Positions 38,327-49,441 of a stretch of DNA of 64,000 nucleotides are shown piece by piece. Each line of letters begins with the position of its first letter. Within the stretch, counting starts at the first letter, position 1. The notes under the pieces were generated by a model. It was not told where the DNA came from. It was given only the letters and a program-made list of their open reading frames with translations, and did not search any database. The translations under genes were made by a program, and so were the position numbers. Origin of the DNA: Heptranchias perlo (taxonomy: Eukaryota); assembly GCF_035084215.1 (NCBI RefSeq), contig NC_090331.1, positions 39,060,001 to 39,124,000 on the forward strand. The letters are read 5' to 3'.

Positions 38327-41144
38327 TGATGTATATTTGTTTGGTGGTTGCCCCTTTAAAGCTCAGTCATTGTACAGATAGTTTGACAGCTAGCTTGGGC
38401 CAGGGTTTTATACCAGGCCTGTCACAATACAATCATGTGAGTTTGTTGTAGTCTCCCTTGTAATGTTCTTAAATAATCTAACACTACATTTTCAAATGTA
38501 TAAAGATTTAGTGATTGGTTCAGTTTGTATCTGAATGCAATTCCCTTTTGAGAGGTTAGATATTCAAAATCCAGGTACCTAATAACTCTTTTTTGTTCCG
38601 TTGGGACGGGCTCCACTTAAACCGCGTCCTGGCGAATCAAATAACTAGGGCTGTAGATAGGGCTTTACAATATAAAGGGGGAGGGGGAGAGGTCAGGTGA
38701 GGGGAAACTTAGAAATCTAATGAGAAAATTCAAGGCAACAGAACAGTGTAGTGATTTGGGTAAAGATAAGCAGAGTGTGGCAGGAAGGGACAGAGAGTGG
38801 CAGGAAGGGACAGAGAGTTTATCAATAATAGAGCATCGACAATTAAGGTCAAAGCAGGGAAAAATGGTTAAAAAGTCAAAATTAAACATTATTTATCTGA
38901 ATGCATGGAGCATTCGTAACAAGATAGATGAATTAGTCGCACAAATAGAGATAAATGGGTTTGATCTAATAGCTGTTACAGAGACATGGTTACAAAATGA
39001 CCAAGATTGGGAACTAAATATTCCAGGGTACATGACGTTTAGAAAAGGCAGAATGGAAAAGGAAAGGGTGTTGCCCTAATAATAAAGGATGATATAAGAA
39101 CAGCGGTGAAAAAGGATCTTCGCTCGGAAGATCAGGAAGCAGAATCAGTATGGGTGGAAATAAGAAATAACAAGAGGCAGAAAACATTGGTGGGAGTAGT
39201 TTATAGGCCCCCTAATAGTAGCTATACCATTGGACAGAGTATTAATCATGAAATAATAGGAGTTTGTAACAAAGGTAATGCAGTAATCATGGGGGACTTT
39301 AATCTTCATATGGACTGGTTAAATCAAATTGGCAAAAAGTAATTTGGAGGACGAGTTCATGGAATCCATTCAAGATGGCTTCCTCGAGCAATACCACATG
39401 GAACCAACCAGGGAACAGGCTAGTTTAGATCTTGTATTGTGCAATGAGATAGGGTTAATTAGTAATCTCACAGTAAAGGATCCTCTGCGGAAGAGTGATT
39501 ATAATATGATAGAATTTCACATTGAGTTTGAGAGTGACGTACTTAAATCTGAAACTAGAGTCTTAAAGTTAAATAAACCCAATTACATAGGTACATAGGT
39601 ATGATGGGCAAGTCAGCGAAGGTAGATTGGGAAATTAAATTAAAGAGTATGATGGATGAAAAGCAATGGCAAAAATTTAAAGAAATATTTCAATATTCTC
39701 AACAAATGTACATTCCATTGAGAACTAAAAACTTCATGGGAAAAGTGATCCACCCGTGGCTAACTAAAGAAGTTAAAGATAATTAGATTAAAACAAGAGG
39801 ACTATAATGTTGCCAAGAAGAGTAATAAGCCTGAGGATTGAAAGAGTTTTAGAAACCAACAAAGGACAACCAAAAAATTGATCAAAAGGGAGAAAATAGA
39901 ATATGAAAGTAAACTAGCAAGAAATATAAAAACAGATTGTAAGAGCTTCTACAAGTATATAAAAAGGAAGAGAGTAGCAAAAGTAAATGTTGGTCCCCTA
40001 GAGGCTGAGACAGGAGAAATTATAATGGGGAATTAGGAAATGGCAGATGCGTTAAACAAATATTTTGTATCTGTCTTCACAGTCGACGGCACAAAAAGCA
40101 TACCAGAAATAGTGGGGAACCAAGGGGCTAATGAGAGTGAGGAACTTGAAGTCATTAGTATCTGTAGAGGAAAAAGTCCTTCAGAAACTAATGGGACTAA
40201 AAGCCGATAAATCCCCTGAACCTGATGGTCTACATCCTAGGGTTCTAAAAGCGGTGGCTGCAGAGATAGTGGATGCATTGGTTATGATCTTCCAAAATTC
40301 CCTAGATTCCAGAACGGTCCAAGTGGAGTGGAAGGTGGCAAATGTAACCCTGCTATTCAAGAAAGGAGGGAGAGAGAAAACGGGGAAAGATAGGCCAGTT
40401 AGCCTAACATCAGTTGTCGGGAAAATGCTGGAATCCATTATTAAGAAAGTGTAACAGGGCATTTAGAACATCATATTAAGATTTGGCAGAGTCAAGATGG
40501 TTTTATGAAATGGAAATTGTGTTTGACAAATTTATTAGCGTTTTTTGAGGATGTAACTAACAGCGAAGATAAAGGGGAACCAGTGAATGCAGTGTATTTG
40601 GATTTTCAAAAGGCATTCGATAAGGTGCCACATAAAAGGTTGTCATGCAAGATAAGGGCTCATGGGGTTGGGAGTGGAATATTATCATGGATAGAGAATT
40701 GGTTAACGGAAAGAAAAGAGAGTAGGGATGAATGGGTCATTTTCAGGTTGGCAGGTTGTAACTAGTGGGATACCGCAAGGATCGGTGCTTGGGCCTCAGC
40801 TATTCACAATCCATATTAATTAATTTGATGAATGGACCGAGTGTAGTGTATCCAAGTTTGCTGACAATAAAAGCTAGGTGGGAAAGTAAGCTGTAAGGAG
40901 GACACAAAGGGCTCAATTTTGAAACGGTGGTGTGTTGGCAGCGGAGGGGTGAATATTCACGTGGCAAACCTGAATAAAAAAAACTTAGTGATTCCGACGC
41001 GATCGCAACGTAATTGATGGTGATTAAATTTCTTTTCGGGTTTCGCGTCCGGCAGCCAATAATGATTGACAGGCTGGCTGCCGACAGGAGCTGCAACACC
41101 AAGGGGAGAGAAAGAGAGAGAGAGAGACATCATCCGGCGCTGGA

Positions 41145-41655
41145 ACGGAAGATCGGGGGGTGGGGGGGGGAGATCGGGGGGAGAGGGGAAGGTTGGGGGA
41201 ACATGGTGGGTGAGAGGGGCAGATCGGGGGGGAGAGTGGAAGATCGGGGGACATGAGGGGGGAGAGGGGAACATGGGGGGGGAGAGTGGAAGATCGGGGG
41301 GCAAGGGGAACATCAGGGGGACATGGGGGGAGAGGGGAACATCGGGGGGGGGAAGAGTGGAAGATCAGGGGGACATGGGGGGGAGAGGGGAAGATCGGGG
41401 GGAGAGGGGAAGATCGGGGGGAGAGGGGAAGATCGGGGGGAGAGTGGAAGATCGGGGGGACATGGGGAGGAGAGGGAAAGGTCGGGGGGACATGGGGAGG
41501 AGAGGGAAAGATCGGGGGGAGGGGAAGATCGGGGGTCATGGGGGAGAGGGGGAGATCGGGAGGTGAAGAGGGGGAGATCGGGGGGACATCGGGGGGTGAA
41601 GAGGGGGAGATTGGGGGGACATCGGGGGGTGAAGAGGGGGAGATCAGGGGGTAGA
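41145..41655. repeat. G-rich minisatellite (gatcggggg / ggagaggggaa / acatggggg units)
   Basis: Visible imperfect tandem units within a MITE-like left end that starts at 40909. Confidence 0.85.
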
Positions 41656-42327
41656 ATGACCACCGCACAGTCCTCGTGGAGATAAAGTCCCGACTTCACA
41701 CTGAGGACACCATCCAACGTGTTGTGTGGCACTACCACCGTGCTAAATGGGATAGATTCAGAACAGATCTAGCAGCTCAAAACTGGGCATCCATGAGGCA
41801 CTGTGGGCCATCAGCAGCAGCAGAATTGTATTCCAACACAATCTGTAACCTGGTGTTGTAAGATTCCTTACATTTGTCCACCCCAGTCCATCACCGGCAT
41901 CTCCACATCATATCTAAGGGAGGATATACTTGCCTTAGAGACGCAGCAACGAAGGTTCACTAGATTATTTCCTGGGATGAGAGGGTTGCCCTATGAGGAG
42001 AGATTGAGTAGATTGCGCCTATACTCTTTGGAGTTTAGAAGAATGAGAGGGGATCTCATTGAAACATATTAGATTCTGAGGGGGCTTGACAGTGCAGAGG
42101 CTGAGATGTTGCTTCCCCTGGCTGGAGAGTCTAGAACTAGAGAGCATAGTAGCAGAATAAGGGGTCGGCCATTTAAGACTGAGATGAGGAGGCATTTCTT
42201 CACTCAGAGGGTTGTGAATCTTTGGAATTCTCTACCCCACAGGGCTGTGGATGCTGAGTCATTGAGAATATTCAAATGTAAGGAATCTTACAACACCAGG
42301 TTATAGTCCAACTGTTTTATTTGAAAA

Positions 42328-42364
42328 TCACAAGCTTTCGGAGGCTTTCTCTTTCATCAGGTGA
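42328..42364 (-). ncRNA. Hammerhead ribozyme motif with a stem II mismatch
   Basis: TCAC CTGATGA A AGAG aaagc CTCC GAAA GCTT GTGA. A G>A change breaks the first stem II pair. Confidence 0.6.
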
Positions 42365-42382
42365 GTGTGGGACTCAAAACAC

Positions 42383-42419
42383 TCACCTGACGAAGGAGAA
42401 AGCCTCCGAAAGCTTGTGA
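42383..42419 (+). ncRNA. Minimal type I hammerhead ribozyme
   Basis: TCAC CTGACGA A GGAG aaagc CTCC GAAA GCTT GTGA. Confidence 0.8.
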
Positions 42420-44534
42420 TTTTCAAATAAAACAGTTGGACTATAACCTGGTGTTGTAAGATTCCTTACATTTGTCAACCCCAGTCCATCACCGGCATCT
42501 CCACATAGAGAATATTCAAGGCTGAGATAGATACATTTTTGGACTCTAGGGGAATCAAGAGATCTGGGGATCGGGCAGGAAAGTGGAGTTGAGGTCAAAG
42601 ATCAGCCATGATCTTATTGAATGGCGGAGCAGGCTCGAGGGGTCATATGGCCTACTCCTGCTCCTATTTCTTATGTTCTTATGTTCTGGGATGAAAGTAA
42701 CAATTCTCTTTGAATCTGTACATTTGGAAAGTACTGTTTCTTTTTATATTTTCTTAAGGGTGGCACAGAAATTTGCATTAGACAGTATGCGATGTCCGAA
42801 GTGTGACTCACAGCTGAAGTACGAAGGACAGAAAGTGCTCAAGTGCATAAAATTTTTATAATTTGATATGGATTGAAGGATAGAGCAGTGCTACTTCCCA
42901 GAAATCCATTACGGTTCAATTCCAGTAATTATGCAATGTTTATCTCATAATTTGTATTTTTGGCAAGGATTTCATCAAGCATTCCAGATCTATCTATCTT
43001 GCTGATTGTTGCTTTCGTTGACAATGTATCAAGTCTACTTAAACTCTCTTTCATTTTCACCCGTAGCTTTTTCATTACCATTTGTTGAGTACACATGATG
43101 ACCACTGTTGCTTAATATGTGCAATAATTTATACATATATTTCATCTGCCACTGTTCTGTCCACCTGCGTATTTTATATAACTAAATCTGTGTCCCTGGC
43201 TATCTCCTTAGTTTTGTATCATCTGCAAATTTGACCAGTTTGCATTGAGCTTCTGAATCCAAAATGGTAATGTAAATTAGCAACAGTAAGGTTTCCAAAT
43301 CTGATCTCTGGGGTACTCCACTCTGACATCGTTCTCCCAACATGTACTTCCTGCTTCAACTATTTGTTATTCATTCCCAGGTTTAATCTTGAATCCCTTC
43401 CCAGGTTTTATCTTTACTCCTCTGCATCAATTACACTCACTGCTGTGGTTATTTAAATATTTAAATATGTACGTTCTGTCCAGCATTGCCAAGGCAGTAA
43501 TGATGTTGTGAATCACAGTCTTATTTGAATACGCTGACCTGTCTTTGGGCAGGGGTTTTGGCATCCAGTGGAATTGATAATGGCTGCATAAATAGGTGGA
43601 GATACAGTAGTATAGGTCCCTGCCCAATTTTGTATCCCTGTCTGCCTGAGTAACATTGGAAAATGGGCACTAAACTGGAGAAAAAAACAGCCTTTTATGT
43701 TTACTTTCTTAACAGATTGTTTAACTCATCAAGAAATGTAGCAGGGCATTTGCACCAAAATCAAATGTATACAAAGATTAAAATATTCATTTTATTCTAA
43801 AAATACTATGGGACTAAAATTCTGGGGAGCACAGAAAACTAGGATGAACCAAATTTGGGATAGAATCCAGATCAGCCAGGTTCCCACCCCATTTGCTCGG
43901 CATTGCAATTCTGATCATGGGTGTGGGGAGGTGGGGGGGCGGGAGAGACATGTGCAGGCATACTTTGAGTGTGCGTCTGGGACATTCTTGCCCTACAATG
44001 TGAATTCCATCCAGCTTGCCACTTTTAGGTCCAGCAGATCCAATGCCAGCTGAGAGAAGGCATAGGTTCCAAGACTTCAAAGATTTTAAGGCAAAAAATA
44101 ATAAATCCCAATTACCTTCTGAATTCTGCCCCACTGTTGCTGCAGGTAATGATGTTTCTTTTTTAACGTTATCCTTCGGCCTGATAGTGACCTTGGGCTC
44201 CCCCCTTGCAGAAGCAGGGGGCTGCTCTGATTTTCTAGCGGCACCACAGGGTGGGAACCTCTATTGCAAGCATGGGCTACCTGCCCTCAGTCTGGGCCAC
44301 CTGCCCTCAGTCTGGGCCATCAGCCCTCAGTATGTAAATTAACCTGTCTCCACAAGGCCCCTCTCAAAAGGGTCGGCAGAATTTTGGACCTTGAATTAAG
44401 AAATGTTCTCTGATTCTGTACATGCCTGTAATTTAAGTTTTATAACATTGTTCATTAAAATTACAAAATTTAAATTAAAATTACAAAAATAGATCAGTTT
44501 TTGAGCTGGAATAGGAAGAAAAGAGATACATACA

Positions 44535-44824
44535 TGGCAGAAGGGTCAGAGGGCACAGATATAAGGTGGTTGGCAAAAGAACCAGAGGCGTCATGTGGAA
44601 TCATTTTTATGCACAGCGAGTTGTTATGCTCTGGAATATACTGCCTGAAAGGGTGGTGGGAGCAGATTCAATTGTAACTTTCAAAAGGGAATTGGATAAA
44701 TACTTGAAGGGAAAAAAATTAGGGCCTTTGGGGAGTAGGACTAATTGGATGATAGCTCTTCCAAAGGGCCAGCACAGGCATGATGGGCCGAATAGCCTCC
44801 TTCTGTGCTGTAACATACTATGAT
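44535..44824 (+). mobile_element. CR1 3' fragment
   Basis: GKRTRG...QRVV...FKRELDKYL, then gggccgaatagcctccttctgtgctg. Confidence 0.8.
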
Positions 44825-45468
44825 ACAGAAGACCCTTGTTATATTGCAGTTTTTGGGAGTCAATCAAAAAACATGCTGTTGTGAGGGAAGTGCGGTCTCA
44901 TTCAGTAAAGTGTAGTTTTCAATGTAATGGACCTGGCAGCTTCATAGTGTTTGAGTCATTCATGGTTGCTACCCTCATCAATAGTTCTTCTCCCTGCTGA
45001 TACCGCCCTTAATTCTGCAATCACTGTCTTTCAGCCACAAAGAACACAGAATTGGACAAACAGGAGAAGAGTAGACTAGGTAAACAGAACAGGGAAAAGT
45101 GAACAGAGCATCAGGTAGACAGAACAAAGAGTTGCGTTTAAAGAACAGAGAATCAGATAAACTTAATGGAGAAAAAACATTGGTCAAATACTGAATGAAG
45201 ACTCGGTTTATAGAAAACCAGAAAACAACAAAGAATCAAAACCACCAAATGGAGAATTGGATCCAAAAGTAGAGAATCAGATTCATATGATGAAGAAAAT
45301 GCAAAACAGAATCAGATGACCGGGTGAGGAATCAGAATTAGGGAGCAGAGAAACAGGAAAACAAAACAGAGGCTAATAAATATAGAATGAAGAATCATAA
45401 GCACAAAATATAAAATCATAAAGCATGGAACCGAGAATCAGATATAAGTAACAGAGATACAGACCTAT

Positions 45469-46061
45469 GGGGGTAATTTCTCACCTGAAAAGGGCTGGCG
45501 ACAATTAAAAATCAGTGGTGGGGTGGTTGGAGCTTGCCTGATGCAATTTTAAGGCAGGTCGGTAAATAATTCAGCGGCTTGTCCACCTGAAACCAGCGTG
45601 AGGCTACTTAAATATGCAAATCAGGGCCCTATGCCAATTGTAGGACCCTGATTGCAATTTTCAGTTACAATTGGCTGCTCTTGCCATTTGTACCAGGCAT
45701 GAGCAGTCGCTCACAAAACGGCCCAAGAAACTTTCAATTTTTTCTTCAGTGAGCAAGAGTGCTCCTCCTGGGGTCCCAAAAAGACTCCGACCCACATAGG
45801 GCTTAGTCGAAGCCCTCCCCTGGGATCACCTTCCCCCCCAATCCCTGGTCCGTACCTGCTGGCTGACTCAATGTGGGAGCCAGCTGATTCACTGCCCTCC
45901 CAGAACTGGTGAGCTGCATTGGGGCACCTGTTTGATACAAACAGCTAATAAGGACTGGGCCTCAAAATGGCTCAGGCCTTGCACTGGCATGAATGGGCAG
46001 AGCGAAGCAGAAGCTTTGCCAACTCTGCGCTCGTTTCAGGCACTACCTGAAAATCGTGCCC
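45469..46061. mobile_element. MITE-like element
   Basis: ggggtaatttctcacctgaaa ... tttcaggcactacctgaaaatcgtgccc. GC-rich island inside an A-rich tract. Confidence 0.55.
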
Positions 46062-46728
46062 ATAGGATACACCATCTGATAGACAGAATATAGAATCAGT
46101 GACACAAAAGAGAATCGGACAGATACATTGTAGAATCAGATTCACAAATACAGAAAAACACAGAACAGATACACAGGATATAGAATTAGTTTAAAAAAAA
46201 GAACGTGGCAAAGAACAACAGAAAATGAGGAACACATGAGAGAGCATCAAATATACAGAATAGTGCATCAAATATAAAGTAGAACCATATATAGAGCAGA
46301 GACTTCCATAAAGAGCACAGAAGCAAAAGAACAGAAAAACAATAGATACATAAAGGCTATTAAGAAAAAGCAGTAGAGTATACCAAATGTTCCTATGTTC
46401 CTAAATGTAGTGAATAAGAATGAAAAATATACTCTACAATTACTACACATATAGGGAACACAAGCTATAACAAAAGTTACTGCAGAGGTGATAGATGGAA
46501 AAGAATATCCTTAAAAAGACAGTAAATTGATAAATGCAGATTTTGAGAAAAAGGAAATATCCCCCATAGTGTTTTTATCCCTTGGAAAATTACAGATCTG
46601 ACCTTGAGGGAAATCCGCACAAAATTGCAGTCCTACTGGAACTTTATAAACACAATTTTAAGGCATTATATTGCTCTATGACCATAAATATTAGTTGTGT
46701 TTATTTTCTTATCAGGCAAAATACTTAT

Positions 46729-46866
46729 CTTTTTCTTCTGTTGATTGAAGTTGTCAATAATGACACCAATAAACAGATTTAAGGTGAAGAAAGATCCAAA
46801 GATGATGAAAATGACAAAGTAAAAATACATGTACAGGTTGACTTCATGGGAGGGTTGCTGCTCCAC
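46729..46866 (-). CDS. scn2a: Nav alpha subunit exon (138 bp): DIII pore-S6
   Basis: ctttag|GTG GAG CAG: [46 protein letters not shown]|ataagt (AT donor). Confidence 0.95.
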
Positions 46867-47355
46867 CTAAAGAAAGACATAATTTAGGGCAAAGAACTTA
46901 AAAATACTGAAAATAAATGCTATATACATTTTGTTTTATATTTATTTGACATTCATGCTTTTAAGCACTGTACATAACATTAAAATGACAATATAGTCCA
47001 CACCAGCTAAATTCAGAACCCTTCCAGAATTGTAATTTTTTTTCAGCCTTGTTTTATATGGTCATGTTTTTATATGTATTATAACATGGAGCAAGATTGT
47101 TACTGTAGATCAGAATAAATTTATATGCTATTGCCTCATGAAAGTACCTATTATTTTTAATGAAGTGTACAGTTTTGTGTTCAAAATATGCAAAGCACAC
47201 GAATAGCAGGAAAATACTCCAATTTTCACTTTTAAAAGTGGTTAATCAGTAAAATGTGACCATGTGATAATTAATAGTTCATTATTAGAACAGCCTCATG
47301 TGTCAAAGTCAATTTAGAGATGAGACTGTCCTGAGAGTGAATAATTCTTCCTTCA

Positions 47356-47792
47356 GAGATTGAGAAAAATGGACCTATATTCTTTGGAGTTCAAAAGAAT
47401 GAGAAGTGATGTCATTGAAACGCATAAAATTCTTAGAGGACTTGACAGGGTAGATGCGGACAGGCTGTTTGCCCTGGCTGGAGAGCCTAGAACTAGGGGG
47501 CATAGTCTCAGGGTAAAGGTGGACGATTCAGGACTGAGATGTGGATGAATTTCTTCACTCAGAGGGTGGTGAATCTTTGGAATTCTCTACCCCAGAAGGT
47601 TGTGGATGCTCAGTCGTTGAGTATATTCAAGACTGAGACCAATAGATTTTTGGACTCTAAGGGAATCAAGGGAAAAGGGGCTTGGGCGGGAAAGTGGAGT
47701 TGAGGTTGAAGATCAGCCATGATCTTATTAAATGGCGGAGCAGGCTCAAGGGGCCGTATGGCCTACCCCTGCAGCTATTTCTTATGTTCTTA
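47356..47792 (+). mobile_element. CR1 3' fragment
   Basis: LYSLEFKRMRSDVIE... and ttcttatgttctta tail. Confidence 0.85.
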
Positions 47793-47859
47793 AGCTTTGT
47801 AAAATGATTAACCTATTTATTATAAATAAAATGAAAGTAGTGGCTCTTGGCGATATAGC

Positions 47860-48780
47860 TTTTTAAAAACTTGTTCCCAGGACCATCCCTCTATTCATGT
47901 GGACACATTCCCCTTAATTACATGTGCCAGTATCTTTGCCATAAGAGCCCTGTGTGGAACTTAATCAAATGTTCTTTTTTGAAAACCTGTATAAACCACA
48001 TCCACTACAAATCCTTTACCTATCCTCTTTGTTATTTCTTCAAAGAATTCGATAAAGTTGGTCAAGCACGACCTACCTTTTAGCAATCCATGCTGGTTAT
48101 GATAGTTTCTGGCCCTGATTAGTAATTTCATGCCATATTATCAACTTTGGTAGTTTACCAACCACTGTCTTTTTTGCCACTCTCCAGTCCTCTGTCACAA
48201 TTTTCCTTTTCACAGAATTTTGGAAAATTATGGTCTAGCTCCATTTCCAGATCAGTTACCTATCTCCTCCTTGGTAAAAACTGAGGCAAAAAGCGTATTT
48301 ATCATTTTTGCAGTATCATTTGCCATGTCCTCACCTGGTGCCACTTTCAGTGGCCTCACTCCATTCTTCGCTTTTCTTTTTCTCTTAATATAACTAAAAA
48401 ACTTGTTTATTATTATCCTTCACTTCTTTTGCCATATTTAATTTTTTAAAAATTATTTGCCATTCTGATGCCTTTTTTACACTTCTGGCTTGCCTTTTCA
48501 AACTGAATCCATCTTAGTTCTGTGTCATTTTTCTTCATGGCCTTAGTGCCTTTTTTTCCTTCTTTATGAGTTGCTTGGTAGTCCCGTTCAACCAGGCAGG
48601 AGGCAGGAGTGCCCATAAACTAGTTACCTTTGCTTTGCATGGGTGCACATTGCTCTAGTGCATTCATAATCACCTCTTGAAGGAACTTCATAGTTCCTCC
48701 ACTCCCCTAGCCATTTTCAAACCTTCCAGGCTCACTCTGGCACGAATTTTCAAGCGGTCATATTATGATCACTAGTACTT
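47860..48780 (-). mobile_element. Very old CR1-like fragment, probably continuing at ~52905-53270
   Basis: Decayed QHG/LTN, DL.K.F and SDHNM-like motifs on the minus strand. Confidence 0.55.
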
Positions 48781-48857
48781 AAAGCCTCAGCCACCTTTGA
48801 ATTGAAGATTTCATTGTCCCCATTAAAACAACAACAACAACAACAACAACAACAATA

Positions 48858-49358
48858 GTGATAGGGGACTCAATTGTAAGGGGAATAGACAGGCGTTTCT
48901 GCGGCTGCAACCGAGACTCCAGGATGGTGTGTTGCCTCCCTGGTGCAAGGATCAAGGATGTCTCGGAGCGGCTACAGAACATTTTGGAGGGGGAGGGCGA
49001 ACAGCCAGCTGTCGTGGTGCACATAGGCACCAACGATATAGGTAAAAAAGGGGATGAGGTCCTAAAAGCAGAATATAGGGAGTTAGGAGGTAAATTAAAA
49101 AATAGGACCTCAAAGGTAGTAATCTCAGGATTGCTGCCAGTGCCACGTGCTAGTCAGAGTAGAAATAGGAGGATATTTCAAATGAATACGTGGCTAGAGG
49201 AATGGTGCAAGGGGGAGGGATTCAAATTCCTGGGACACTGGAAACGGTTCTGGGGGAGGTGGGACCAGTACAAACCGGATGGTCTGCACCTGGGCAGGGC
49301 CGGGACCGCTGTCCTAGGAGGAGTGTTTGCTAGTGCTGTTGGGGAGGGTTTAAACTAA
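48858..49358 (+). CDS. CR1 ORF1 C-terminal SGNH-esterase-like domain (5' truncated)
   Basis: IGDSIVRG, CLPGA, VHIGTND and DGLHL blocks. Ends GLN-TAA. Confidence 0.88.
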   Translation: MIGDSIVRGIDRRFCGCNRDSRMVCCLPGARIKDVSERLQNILEGEGEQPAVVVHIGTNDIGKKGDEVLKAEYRELGGKLKNRTSKVVISGLLPVPRASQSRNRRIFQMNTWLEEWCKGEGFKFLGHWKRFWGRWDQYKPDGLHLGRAGTAVLGGVFASAVGEGLN

Positions 49359-49441
49359 AGTGGCAGGGGGTTGGGAACCTGAGCAGGGAGAGAGAGGAAA
49401 GCGTAACAGGAAGGGACAGAAGGTATGGAGTAATAGGTAAA

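Larger units (their letters stand above)
42276..42507. mobile_element. Palindromic Penelope-derived element with two opposed hammerhead motifs
   Basis: Arms 42273-42368 and 42379-42474 are near-perfect inverted repeats. 12-bp target duplication gagaatattcaa at 42264-42275 and 42508-42519. Confidence 0.9.
38610..42686 (+). mobile_element. 5'-truncated degraded CR1, interrupted at 40909-41910 and 42276-42507
   Basis: ORF1 end, endonuclease (YLNAWSIRNK, VTETWL, MGDFN), RT pieces and (ttcttatg)n tail. Confidence 0.9.
36970..46728 (-). other. Non-canonical AT-AC intron (ATAAGT...TTTAC), 9759 bp
   Basis: AT/AC ends give the conserved in-frame junction QQKKK|FGGQD. The donor has a U2-like +3..+6 (AAGT), not the U12 ATATCCT consensus. 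Confidence 0.9.

Noticed and set aside
40957-41738. Multiple 120-214 aa Pro/Gly-rich ORFs
   Set aside because: By-products of the G-rich minisatellite, which is open in most frames.
46720-46728. U12 minor-spliceosome intron
   Set aside because: The donor is ATAAGT rather than ATATCCT, and I see no TCCTTAAC branch site near the acceptor.
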